A stretch of 64,000 nucleotides of DNA from contig JBLDXI010000013.1 in assembly GCA_047495785.1 (NCBI GenBank), forward strand, positions 868,001-932,000, in the 5' to 3' direction. The position numbers and the translations under genes were made by a program. The stretch's first letter is position 1, and each line of letters begins with the position of its first letter. The DNA is from Lepidodermella squamata (taxonomy: Eukaryota; Animalia; Gastrotricha). Below the pieces are notes generated by a model. That model was not told the DNA's origin. It did not search any database and worked only from the letters and a program-made list of their open reading frames with translations. Below, piece by piece: positions 12,450-24,190 of this stretch.

Positions 12450-15445
12450 TCAGTTCGGATACGCATTTATCGTTTGCAAAACCCATGACATAAAGCTGCA
12501 CGGCCGAGAGTAGATCTGAAATTTAAAATTTTTGAAATTGCAAGCTAAAAGGTGGATCCAACTTACGCCGTAAAGGCCTTTACGTGCACAACCGTAGCCA
12601 TAGGATGTCTGAAATTCGCGAATTTGAGTCACTTTCACTTTCTCTTGGTTATCAAAACTTACCACACCATGAAGGTAAAATTGGTTCGTGAATGTATCGA
12701 TCTTACAAACCATGGGACCACCCGAATCCCCTTGACACGTATCGACCCCTGAAATAAATTAGACATTTATTGAAGATAAATGATATAAACAGGTGCTAGC
12801 GCACCGCCATCGATGGAGCCACCGCAAATCTACGTAAATAATAATGCTTAATGCATAGAATACTAGGGTAATGCTTCCGTATGCTACCTGTCTTGAGTTC
12901 AATTCAACGTAGTAGCCGCTTTCTGTAGTTTTTGCCTGACACGTTGGCTGATAGACCAAAGGAACGTTGGCCTTCCGAAGTTGATCCGAAGCTGTCGTTC
13001 CACCCTCACTGGTTGTGCCCCAGCCACTGATGGCGCAAGAGGTTCCCTCGTCAGCCTCCCCGCTACAAGAAGCCGGTAGCAGACATACAGGTCTTATCTA
13101 ACTTGGAAACTCGGTATTAATCTGAATTTTACATAAGAAATTTTTTACATTATCGCCGAAAGTAACAGGGTCTAGGGTAATAAAATAGAAATGTAACTCA
13201 ATTATTCAAATAAGATGCTGCAAAATCTTACCGCTAAGCTTCATTAACGCGAGATCATAGTCATGTGTCTATAATTGAGGTGGGAAGTAACATTATCATT
13301 TCAACATTCGGAACAAGCTTTACAGTGTCGTCGTAATTAGGGTGCGCAATTTCGTACTTGGCATCAATCACCAACTCGCCGCTCAACTTGGTGCTGATTG
13401 ATTGACTGCCCAAGTAAATAGTTGATTGCGGGCTGGATTCGAACGAATTCGTTTCACATGGTTAGTCGTCATTATTATTATCTTACTTAGACATTCCACG
13501 AGAAGCAATACAGTGAGCCGCTTTTAATATTTTCTGACATTAAAGAGCTTCGCTGATTTTAAAACTCTTACCAGTCATGACCCATTGCTCATTTATAAGG
13601 GATCTGTAATCTCAAATAGTTTTCAGTCTTTCAGAGATGTAGACGTCGCTTACCCTCCGCATATGGAAGTTGAACCACTTGCAACTTTGGTCTGAATCCT
13701 GACTGAATTCAAAAATGGCAAATTAGGTCTATCAAAGTGCCTTGAGAATATTGATGAATCACCTTGCCAAGGAAATTCATTCGTTTTTGTCACCCTTTAG
13801 CAGAAAAAACAGTAAGGGAACGCTTCTCGATGAATCAGCACTACTTACTGGCCGCCAACGATTCTCCCAGCATTCGATCCAGCATCGGAATACTTACTTT
13901 TACCGCAATCTGAAAAAGAAGCATGGTTTTTGTAGATTGTTACTTATAGCAAAATTTGGTTCACTTTGGTCGTTGACCCATCTCGTTAGTGTTGGTGGAG
14001 CCGGTGGGACAGGAGCGGGTGGCGCTGGCGCTGGTGTGACGGGGCCCGCCGCGGCTGGGGTTCGGCGCCTGGTTGGTCTGGTCGCCGGAGTTGCTTCATC
14101 AGTGACGACAGGCACCGGTTCTGGCGTTGGTGCCGGTGTCGTGGTAGTTACGTCGTCCAAAGCTGTTCCAGTCGTTGTTTTTATCCACTTGATTACAACA
14201 CATGGCCTGATGTAGGTTGAATAAACCCCAGCAACGCCGCATCTATCGACGATGGCTTTCACCCCGCTCAAGAAGTACTGGTTATCTGAACCGGCTGGTT
14301 TACACACCAAAGGACTGCCGTCATCACCTTTACAGGTATCAGCTGCTCCAGACGGTACCCCGGCGCAGGCCATACGTGACGTGACTTGGCGATCGATACC
14401 GTTGTTCGTGAAACCTTGCTGGCAGGCCGAGTTGGTCTGAATTTGAACTTTCGCCTTCTGCAACACGTCAGATGGCCGAGAGCTAGTTGCAGAAGTCGTA
14501 CCCCAACCCGAGATAAACGCGTCATCCCCAGCCTTACAATCGGCGGTGCATGTTTGAGGAACGCAAATAGGTTGAACTCGGTTGTTGAACGTAATACTGC
14601 CTAGATATTATTCGATTTGTTAAAAATCGAGTCTATAGCTAAAGATATACTTTCTATTTGAAGAAGCGCTATATCAAAGTCGCCAGTATCAGCGTTGTAG
14701 CTGGGGTGCTGGTAGACCTTTGATACTTTGTATGAAGCTCCATCTGACAGAGTGTGTGCGCCAACTATCGCCGTGATGTCGGAGTCTGATTTTAATTTAG
14801 TTTATTTAAGAGAACCTTTATGCCTGTAAGACCTTACCGTCAACGTAACAATGCGCAGCGGTGATGATCCATTGCTGGCTAACAATGGCTCCTCCACACA
14901 AGTAAACTCTACTGGTGGATCTGGATTTTACATTCAATCGAACATTCCACCTAGAAACCGAAGGTTCATAACTTGTCGAGTTTATATTGAATTAAACTAA
15001 CGGGTATTCATTTTGCTGAGCGGCGCTTCCGCCAAGAACCCTGCTGCTACTTGACCTGGCAGGCAAGTTTCTATTGTAGAAAGCGCTGTCGTCGCCTTCT
15101 CCTGCTGGTGGCTCATACATATTGTAGCCACAAGTTCCCGATGGAATATTGTAAGTATTAGGCGGGGGCGGTGGAGGGGGTGTCATGGGAACGGGGACTT
15201 GATTGGGACTTGGAGCCGGGGTTGACGGGGCTGGAGAAAGAGTTATCTCAAGTTTGTTCGCTATCGTTGTAGTCGGCGCAGATTGGGGTGAAGGCGCTGA
15301 AGGAGAAGGTGGAGAACCCAGGCAAGCATTCACAGAGTCAAGATGAACTGCTAATCAAATTTGAAAATTATACATTTGTGCTTTGATTGGGCTCATCAAA
15401 CAAACCAGTGCAAAGAAGAAGGTAAAAAATGGATGTCACCGCCAT
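12450..15445 (-). CDS. Secreted two-domain trypsin-family protein C: inactive domain 1, active domain 2
   Basis: Signal peptide [13 protein letters not shown]. Domain 1: [27 protein letters not shown]. Domain 2: [28 protein letters not shown]. Confidence 0.87.
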
Positions 15446-15966
15446 GATGACACCAGCTAAAATGAAGTGTTAAAATCACACTTGGTATATAGTGAAACAG
15501 TTCACTTAAAAGTTATTTGTTATTTGTTTGTTGCTATTAAAACAACACGTTTTGTTGAAAAAATTACGCTTAAAAGGCAACAAGAGAGCCTGGTATGTGT
15601 AGTTATGTCATGCCTTCAAGTTACACGCGGACTACACGGGCGATCGCCAGTTGTAGCGAACTTTAACAACACACGAACACGACCTATACCGCCCCCTATC
15701 ACGAGCCTCACTTTAACTATTACTATACAATCTTGCATCCACCTAGGCTCGTGACAACATTTGAATGTACACTTTTTACCGTGTAGTCTTCGTATCAGCT
15801 TTCCTCCAGTAATCGGCTTTCGCGGCCGCCGAAGCACAGACATAAATAATGTTTGAAAATAAAAAAGATAAGAAGCATTTATTTGATACACGAATAATTC
15901 AGAATGAAATAGCTGTAGTTTTGAAATTAAATTCCTTTATGTTGATTAATTTTGAATTGTCCGCCA

Positions 15967-18900
15967 TCAATTGCTCTCCCTAAAAGAGAACACAGCAATA
16001 AGGTGGTATTCGAAAGGACTTGAGCGTCACTTACATTGTGCCAACGATCCAATCCATGAATTCTCGATGACATGGACGCGTGTATACCTAGGCGGAACAG
16101 TGATTACAACTATTGTAGAAAAGTGTTACTCTTACCCCATAATGTCCTTTCTGTCCGCAGCCATAGCCAAAAGATGTCTTTGCGAAATCATAAAAAATTA
16201 TTACATTACGGCTTTAAGCGTTAGCATGAACTCACCACTCCCTGTAAATAATATCTTTCCTTTGAGCCTTCTTTCTTGGGACAGGCCAGTGGACCTCCGG
16301 AGTCGCCCTGGCATGTATCTATGCCTGTTTGTCAACTTTTATTACAGTTGCTATGATGCTCATGATAAACTGACCTCCTTCTTCATAACCAGCACATATC
16401 TGTAGGAAGACAATGTACTTAACAAATAATCTAAACATTTTTAGCGTAAAGTAACCTTGCCCATCGTTGACACCGATCCTCCTGAAAGACTATCTAGCAT
16501 TTGGGTGCAAATTTCGTCTGAAACAATGGGCACAGTGGCCTTTTGCAGCGCATCGGAAAACGACTTCGGAGAGTCGGGGTCCGTTTTGCCCCAACCAGTA
16601 ATCACGCATTCCGTGCCAGGAGGAAATTCGTTCGTGCATCCTGACTCTAACATGCATATTGGCCGAATCTTTAGGAGGGAATTCATAAATTATTGAAAAT
16701 ATTTTAAAATGCCAATTGCCGATCTTACGCTATTCGTGTAATTCACTGGTCCTGTAAAAATAAAATATTTAGTTAGATAAATGTTTACCATATGATGAAC
16801 TCACTGTCTAATTTGAGTAGAGCAATATCGTAGTCCTTTTCAAGTGAAACACAATAATCAGAACGGGCTGTTCAGCAATATTTTTTCAAACCTTCGATCC
16901 TTCTCGGTACAGGAAATGAGGTATTTGCAGAACAGCATCTCGTATTACCTGAATATTCACCAACATTGTTGACAGAGTGTGGCTGCCAAGGTGGATTTTG
17001 AAAGTTGACCTAGCAAAGACTTTAATAATATATCAGGAAGTCATCGAAGTAAAATTGCCATACTTTGGATTGACTTTTCTTCCGACGATACAATGGGCAG
17101 CTGAAATTTTTATTTTGGCTTTATGTGTGATGGCCTTTATTTGTGAAAGAACTCACCCGTCAGCACCCATTTCATACCAATAAGCGAGCTGTGTAGATGG
17201 GAGTACTAATTATTAGACTACTTTTTACTAAATAAAGCGCTCCCTACCCGCCGCAGATAGACCGCTTTTCAGTCCCCGGTGTAATGGTAACGACCCGAGC
17301 TAATAGGAAAAAGGATACTGATTTACAGCTGTAATAAAACAAGAAGGTTGTTAACCTTGCCATGGGAATTCATTCATGTCGGCATTCCTGTGTCGCAAAT
17401 TCTTTAGTTTCAATTTCTTGTGAAAGGATGTAAACCTACTCTCCAAAAAGGATCCTAGAATTACCATCATTCCTGATGCCACATAACGGATTATTCCGCC
17501 AGGTGCGCAAGTAGCTAGTTTTAGTTGTTGCCTCAGTTTCTAGCTCGGCTGTTGTAGTTTGCTTCGTAGTCGCTGCTTCGGTCACGATCGGCTCCTCTGT
17601 TGCTGTATCTTGTATTGGGGTCGTAGCTGGTGTTTTAGCTGTACTGGTTGAGGCGATAGTTGTAGAGAAACTTATCCCCGTTTTGCTTTTGATCCAATCG
17701 ATGAAGTAACAGGGGCGGGTGTACACTGTATAGACCCCAGGTGTTCCACATTTCTCAACGAAAGACTTGATGCCACTCAGGAAATACTGGTTATTTTCGC
17801 GCTTGCATGACAAAGGATCGCCATGATCATCTTTTGTGAGGACAAGATAAATGAGAATATGAGCATCCTGAAAAACATGGTAAATTCATACGCTTGCAGG
17901 TATCTGCCGATCCGGATGGAAGACCTGCGCAAAGCATATGAGGGCGAACTTTCTTATCAATGCCATTTTGTTTGAAGCCCCTGTTGCAGGTCGTGTTTGA
18001 GACAAGCGGAACTTCAACAGGATCAGCGTCCCAGCCGGAAGCAATCAAGCTATCAGACCCGATACAGTCTAGGGAGCAATCCGCCGGAAGGCATACTGGT
18101 TGCACAAGATCCGAGAAAACAAGCGGACCTGAAATGGTTCAACTGGTTGGAAGCAAAATCGGAGCAAAATAATATGCTAAAACTTGAAAGATGAAGCAGA
18201 GCAATGTCGAAATCGTTGTTGCCAGTGCCTTTAAAGTGAGTGTGCTTGTATGATTTCAGCACTTTGATGTGAGCGATTGGACGGTTTGAGGATCTCTTTA
18301 ACACAGCCGAGCCACCAACAGTCACCATTATATCGGCATTATCTGCAAAAGTAATACCATAGGTAACTATAAAGCTGAATCTTTCGCAATCAATACCGTC
18401 GCTTATTAGGCAATGTGCCGCAGTGATCACCCACTCCTTATCGATGATTGCGCCGCCGCATACATGTGTCCTTCCTGATCCTAGGTCTTTAATTGTAATT
18501 CCAGCCTGCCATCTTGAAAAACGATTGGTGTTATTAGAAAGTCACGAGGGAAATGAATTAATTAACGGAAAATCCAATTTTTGATTGGTGACAACGCGAG
18601 CAACATCCCGAGAAGGATCTTCCGATAGGTTCGCGGCTGTTAGCCCGCAAGTTCCTGCTGGAATCGTAGTTTTCGGAAAACCATCCGGTGTTTCAGATGA
18701 AATCCCCGTTTTCGTCGGAGAATTCAAGTCGTCATTTCCAGACCGATCATTCAGGTTCAATATTTGGGGCGGGGGTGGAGGCGGCGTTGGTGCTGGTGCC
18801 GGAGCTTGCACAGGAGCTGGAGGTGATGGTGGGCTGGCGTTGAAACACGATTGGACCTCGTTTAATTCTGAAAATATTCTGCGTAAACGTAGAGTCGCGA

Positions 18901-19001
18901 ATGATAGAAAAAGCCACACCAGAGAGCAATAATATTGAGGTCCAGATGAAATTTAAAATTCCGAATTTACTCGGCCTTCTCTTGCCTGGTGTGGGAACCA
19001 T
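15967..19001 (-). CDS. Secreted two-domain trypsin-family protein D: inactive domain 1, active domain 2
   Basis: Leader [27 protein letters not shown]. Domain 1: TAAHC, DFDIALL, DTCKHDHGDP (spliced). Domain 2: [28 protein letters not shown]. The 3' end is 16031 if unspliced, or 15967 via a last short intron. Confidence 0.84.
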
Positions 19002-19562
19002 TTTACATGCACACTCGCCGAAATGAGTAAAAAAAAAAAATTTTTGTAGTATGTGAGACTATTTTTCTGAAACTGCCTGCAGTCTATTGTCTCTCAAAAA
19101 GTGTTTGTCCCTTCGCATTTTATAGTCATCCTTTTATCTTAGTTGCAATGTCTCATTTTTCATGGCTTGATGTCAAAGAAAGGCTCCATCAAAGGAATGA
19201 ATTCATTTTTGAAGCCGTCCATTATGAAGTGGCTAAACAGCGTAACAATTATTTTTTACTCTTGTAACAGCGTAAAAAAGCGATTCGCCCGCGAATGCGT
19301 ACGAAGCATTTTTTGAAAGGTGCATGGCTTGCTAGCGCCTTTGTTTTTTTGTAATCACAGAACTGTGTTCACACGCGTAATAAAGTATCGCAACATATCG
19401 CAGAATAAAGACGAAGTTTAGTGCAAACTCTGCATTTTAGGGGCGACAGGTTCCATTTCTGAGCACTATCTGTTAAAAACCACAAAAAGTCCAAGTAAGA
19501 TTTTCGTATTCAAGCCTGACTCCTGACTTATTCACTCTTAGGTATTTTTTAGCCCTTGAAAT

Positions 19563-19978
19563 ATGAGCAACTGCTTCATCGCCATCAGCTGTTGTCTCTT
19601 GATCTTAGCGAGCAATTGCAGAGCTATGTCGGATATTTTAGACTCACCTTATTTCGGTAATCTTGCCAGGACTAATATTGGCTGCCAAATCAATTTGAAA
19701 TTCAGGAAATATCATAATTACATGCATGTGTCGAAGCGACTCGGATTGCTTTTCGTGCGGTGACGCAGGAACGCCTTTGACTTGTGTTGATAGGTAAAGT
19801 TTTAGTTGATCTAATGGTACAAGACACGCTCTTCGTATGACTTGTGAGCAGGACTTGTCAATGCCCAAGTACTCACCATCCGGTTTATGACCCTAACAAC
19901 TTTCGCGGCTGGCGATGCAGGCCAAGTTGGAACAGCATTCAATGGCTGGTAATGGATGGTAACAGAAGAAGATACTAA
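19563..19978 (+). CDS. Small secreted 8-cysteine peptide 1 (3 exons)
   Basis: Two GT-AG introns removed gives MSNCFIAISCCLLILASNCRA-MSDILDSPYFGNIIITCMCRSDSDCFSCGDAGTPLTCVDRTCQCPSTHHPVYDPNNFRGWRCRPSWNSIQWLVMDGNRRRY*. Same intron positions as its neighbour. Confidence 0.85.
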
Positions 19979-20156
19979 TCTCTTTATCATGATTCTCAGC
20001 ATTCTCCCGATTAATACTGCCTCCGAGTGTCTAGTTGTTTTGCATGTTATTTTTCTACGATGAGTGTCTAATTACTTTAATGCGGATCAATTAAAATTGC
20101 TAGCTGCAAACAATATACCCATGCCTCTAACTCAACAATAGGGCATATTTTGAAAG

Positions 20157-20583
20157 ATGAATAACGCTTACTTGGCTGCTCTGTTTCTCGCCGTCATATG
20201 TGTTACTGGCTGTTATTCAATGTCCGACATCCTGGACTCGCCAACTTTCGGTATAACTTCTTCCAGCCTCATACTGTTGTTAAACCGATTTTTCGTATTT
20301 TTCAAGGGAACTACGTCTTCACCTGCTACTGCTCCAGGGACTCTGACTGTGATCTATGTGGAGACGGCATCCGGTTAACCTGCGTCGATAGGTTTTAATT
20401 ATTTTTCTCAATCCTTTTCTCTTTAAAATGCCCATCTTCGGTAAAAGGAAATGTCAGTGCAAGCCTGGTTATCGTCCAGTTTACAATGACGGGGCCTTCA
20501 AGGGCTGGTCCTGCACTCCCAACTGGAACGACATTGTCTGGGCTACTGCCCCTACCGTTGTGCCGCCAGTACCTGGCAAGTAG
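20157..20583 (+). CDS. Small secreted 8-cysteine peptide 2 (3 exons), paralog of peptide 1
   Basis: Spliced: MNNAYLAALFLAVICVTGCYS-MSDILDSPTFGNYVFTCYCSRDSDCDLCGDGIRLTCVDRKCQCKPGYRPVYNDGAFKGWSCTPNWNDIVWATAPTVVPPVPGK*. AATAAA near 20658. Confidence 0.87.
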
Positions 20584-20691
20584 TGTTAACTAAGACAAGT
20601 CCATTTATGTCAATCTTGCAAATATTTTCGGATTTTATTTTGGTTTAAGAATTCTAGAATAAAAGAATATCAGTTTTCTCATAGTTAAATT

Positions 20692-23600
20692 TCAATCGTC
20701 CTCTTCTCCGTCGGCAACTAAGCGATTTCTCCGCGTGGTCGTAGTCGCCAACCTTCGTTGGTTGCCGGCAGGAGTTGAAACTTTTCTTGTCGTTGCTCGG
20801 CTAGGTGTCGTTTTGGCTCGGGTAGCTGCAGCTCGTGGTGTACTCCTAGCGCTGTTCACTCCTCGCCTGGCACCACCGTCCTCCGCTAGAACCGAGTTGA
20901 TCCAATCGAGATAAGCACAGGGCCTCGCGTACACTCCTAAAAGAATTATTTCTCAAGTTATCCTAGAATTATTCAGCGATCAACTTACCGACATATCCAG
21001 CTAAGGCACAGCCCTCTCCGAATGATGTCTAATGAGTATTCTTGAATTATTAAGTATTACTTGAACCATCATTCAACTAACCACTCCATTTAAATAATAT
21101 TTTCCATTTTTTGTGCAGACCAAGGGACCACCTGAGTCACCCTATTTTAAGGACAACCAGACATAAATTTCGTCAACCTTTAAATTAGACAGATTTTACC
21201 TGGCAAGTATCAATACCACCTGCTGTATCTCCAGCGCAAATCTGTGGAAAACTTTTGATTAAGCAGCAATCCTAAATTTGGTTAAAGATGTACCATTCCC
21301 TCCGTAATAACCCTTTTCTTTGGCGAATTGATGTAAATATCTGCACATTGATCACGCGGAGCAATAGGGACACTCGCTTTTTGTAGTTCATCCCCAGCCT
21401 GGCCATTACTCAAATCAACCAGACCCCATCCTAAAAAATTCAGTATTATTTATTTAAAACCCTGATTCGATCCTTACCTGAAATAAAACAACTAGTGCCT
21501 GCTGGCTCCTCCTCTGCACAGTTCTGCAGTAAGCAAACTGGTTTGACAGTATCGCTGTACTCAAACGCAGCTATTAAAATTTAATGTATGTTATCTACTA
21601 TGAATGTGAAATTCTGGCAAAAAAAATTCACCGTCAAGCTTCAGCAAGGCTATATCGTTGAAATTAGTAGCTTCGTCGTATTGTGGATGGCACACCTCTT
21701 TCGCGATTGTGTAAGTTCGAGTTTCAGGTTTATCACGGTCATCGTATTGGTTTTGGATGCCGATAAATGCCGATACTACGTAACTAATCACAGTTGTGAA
21801 TGAGCTTATTACCTTGGCGAAAATTAACGAGTGTTACTTCTTATTATGAGTTTGACAGACACAATGAGCAGCTGTAAACGCAAGAGATTAAAGTGCATAT
21901 TGATTTAGGATCGGTAATTTGTTATACCTGTTAAAACCCATTGATGGTTGATAATAGAACTAGTGTGAATAGGAAGAGTGGTATAAGTACTTGGTGAGAA
22001 GAAAGCGCAATACCCTCCACAAAGTTCGGAAGTTCCCATGTCCGGATCTTTAGATATAAGCAGAACCTGCCAAGGGAATTCATTTTGCTTTGACGAGATT
22101 CCTGGAAATATATTAGTTCAAGTTGATGACAGACTGATTTTCGCGATATTGGCAGAACCAACCCCCAATTATTCTCGACAGATTCCCCATTTTCCTTGCT
22201 GAATTGATAGCTTTGAAGGTGAAAGCTCGAATCGCTTGCGGATATTTGTTTGTGCCGCATTCTAAAACAAATATGATGGGTACTTATAATAATTTGCTAT
22301 TTGAAATTGTATTACGATCGTCATTAGCCCAAGACGTGGTTGGACTGGGTGCTGGGTTGGTGGCTGCTGTTGAATCTGTGCTCGGAGCATCAGTAGGAGG
22401 GTCCGTAGGCCTTGCTGTTGTTGCTGTTGCTGAAGGTTTAGTTGACGGGCTTCTATTCGGCACGGGCCTGGCTGTAGAGGCGACAGAAGCCGCCTGGGTA
22501 GTCTTTAGGCCATTCTGAGTGACGCGATCGATCCAGTCTATCACAGCACTGAATCTGACTTAAGAGCAATCGAGAAATTCGGGTATGAAATTAACTTACC
22601 ACGGCTTAGTGTAGGTTGAGTAGAAGCCACTAACACTGCACTTATCAACCACGGACTTCACCCCACTGAGTAAGTAAGCATTGCCACCGCTACCTGTCGG
22701 CTTACATGACAAAGGACCACCGTCGTCGCCCTTGCAAGTGTCAGTTATCAAGGTTTTTGAAACCGTATCCCCAGCACACACCATCCGATCAGTTACCCGA
22801 CGTTTCACGCCGTTGTCATTAAACCCCTTTTGGCAGGCCTCTTTCGTAACAATTTGAACTGTACCCTTTTGCAGAACCTGCGTTGGTAGTTGTGTTTGGT
22901 CGATGGTTGACGTTCCCCAGCCAGATATCATGGCATTGTCACCTGGCACGCAGTCATCATCGCAAGTACGAGGGACACAAATCGGCTGGATCTTTTCATT
23001 GTATTCAAGCGGGGCTGAATCGGGAAAGGTTTCATCGAAATCAAATGTTTTCAATGATTTAATTACTTTCAAGCTCCAGCAAAGCGATGTCGTAGTCGTA
23101 GGAAGTCGAGTTGTACTTAGGATGGCGTGAGGCCCTTTTCACTTTTACTGACGTTGCTTCGGCAGACTCTCGACCGAGACAATGGCCACCTGCGTATACT
23201 GTGATCGTCACGCGGTAGTTATCTATTTAAAGTGTAAAGACTCTTAGGACATAAGTCTAGGTTTAATCCGACCATCAAAGAAGACGCAATGAGCTGCTGT
23301 GATAACGTAGTCTGACAGGATGATGGATCCGCCACACATCTGATATTTCCCACTTGATGGATTCAAAGACACAATTCGCACCTGCCACCTGAATAAAAAA
23401 CTGAGTATAACTTGCTTATCAGGAATTCAGAGATTGCATACGGAATTTCGTTTTGTTTTGAATTCACGCCCATAAGGGCGTTCATCGGATTCACCATGTA
23501 CGCATTTACACCGCAAGATCCGGTCGGAATGGCATTTTCAAAGGTCGGCGCATCGCCAGCTGGGCAGGGTCGCTGAGGATCAGGCGTTGCGATTGGATCA

Positions 23601-23820
23601 ACTACGAATGTGTTCGGTGCAGGTTGATCCCTTATGGTATTGCCGGAACTGTCAGGAGGTGTGGTCGAAGCTGCAGCAGGTTGCTTGGATGTGCAGCAAT
23701 ATCCCTTTTGCACAACTTGATACAAGAATTTTCATATTTCTATCGGCTAAGCCAACGGCGTTTCTCCTTACCTTGAAAGAAAACGGCTAGCACCAAAATC
23801 AGCAATCGACAGCAAATCAT
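20692..23820 (-). CDS. Secreted two-domain trypsin-family protein E: inactive domain 1, active domain 2
   Basis: Signal peptide MICCRLLILVLAVFFQ. Domain 1: [22 protein letters not shown]. Domain 2: [22 protein letters not shown]|GDSGGP. Arg/Thr-rich tail. Confidence 0.87.
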
Positions 23821-24190
23821 TGATGCGAAACCGATGGAACGGATGTGATTACAGGTGAAATAAGTATTTAAACTGGAGGTGTGTGCTGTGTTCTTTATTC
23901 ACAGAGCGGCATCTTTTTACTATGTCAGCTTTCACGTGTTCGGTGTTATATGCAGCATCTTTCGTGTACAATTACTTTCCGCTTTCAGTGGCGTCTTACA
24001 TCACGACATCATTTAACATGAAGAACTTTAAAGCAATTATTTCATAAAATGGACTTTTTACTATGCATTCACTATCCGCTCGTCGTGAGTGCCAAATGAA
24101 GTCAGAAATATGAATGATTTCAACAACTGAATCACACGCGAATTCGATACAATAGGTTTTATTGAAAATAATACTTCAATGAAATTTAAA

